From the human T2T-CHM13v2.0 reference genome, Homo sapiens, in assembly GCF_009914755.1 (NCBI RefSeq), contig NC_060925.1: a stretch of DNA of 64,000 bases; one strand, 5' to 3'. Position 1 is the stretch's first letter; every line of letters starts with the position of its first letter. The notes beneath the pieces are model-generated. The model was not told the origin of the DNA, made no database searches, and worked only from the letters and a program-made list of their open reading frames with translations. Positions 63,896-64,000 of this stretch are shown here, piece by piece. The position numbers and the translations under genes were made by a program.

Positions 63896-64000
63896 GGTCG
63901 GGCAGAGTGGTTCACACCTGCCTGTAATCCCAGCACTCTGAGAGGTCGAGGCGGGCATACTGTCTGAAGTCAGGAGTTTGAGACCAGCCTGGCCAACATG
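63896..64000 (+). mobile_element. Alu left arm, truncated by the window edge
   Basis: GGTCGGGCAGAGTGGTTCACACC...CCTGTAATCCCAGCAC...GACCAGCCTGGCCAACATG. Confidence 0.88.

Overview
Human (GC-rich, Alu-containing, spliced-gene) genomic DNA from the gene-dense distal chromosome 1p36.33 region. Gene order: INTS11/CPSF3L (minus; exons 1-14, 3' end runs off the left edge), CPTP (plus; head-to-head with INTS11 on a shared CpG-island promoter), TAS1R3 (plus), DVL1 (minus; tail-to-tail with TAS1R3), MXRA8 (minus), an Alu-saturated intergenic block containing a 1.8 kb TG/GA-rich repeat, and AURKAIP1 (minus). I rebuilt each CDS exon by exon with GT-AG boundaries and intact frames: CPTP 214 aa, TAS1R3 852 aa, DVL1 695/670 aa, MXRA8 442 aa, AURKAIP1 199 aa. 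Two recognised intronic miRNA hairpins (MIR6727, MIR6808) end at 3' splice sites. The haplotype appears not to be the GRCh37/38 reference (TAS1R3 Thr5 and Arg757; the 40-bp VNTR upstream of DVL1 has 10 copies). I found no convincing previously undescribed multi-gene system, and nearly all long ORFs in the six-frame track are GC-rich or repeat artefacts. The best leads are regulatory or cryptic-coding: a 165-codon overlapping frame in DVL1 exons 14-15 (the Robinow frame) with its own strong-Kozak AUG; a third mirtron-like hairpin at the DVL1 exon 14 acceptor; overlapping TAS1R3/DVL1 polyA signals and a dual-use ARE/AATAAA element; an in-frame CPTP uORF; UG-rich tracts abutting 5' splice sites; an AP-1 minisatellite; and frame-preserving retainable introns. 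Variant IDs and reference comparisons are from memory and need database confirmation.
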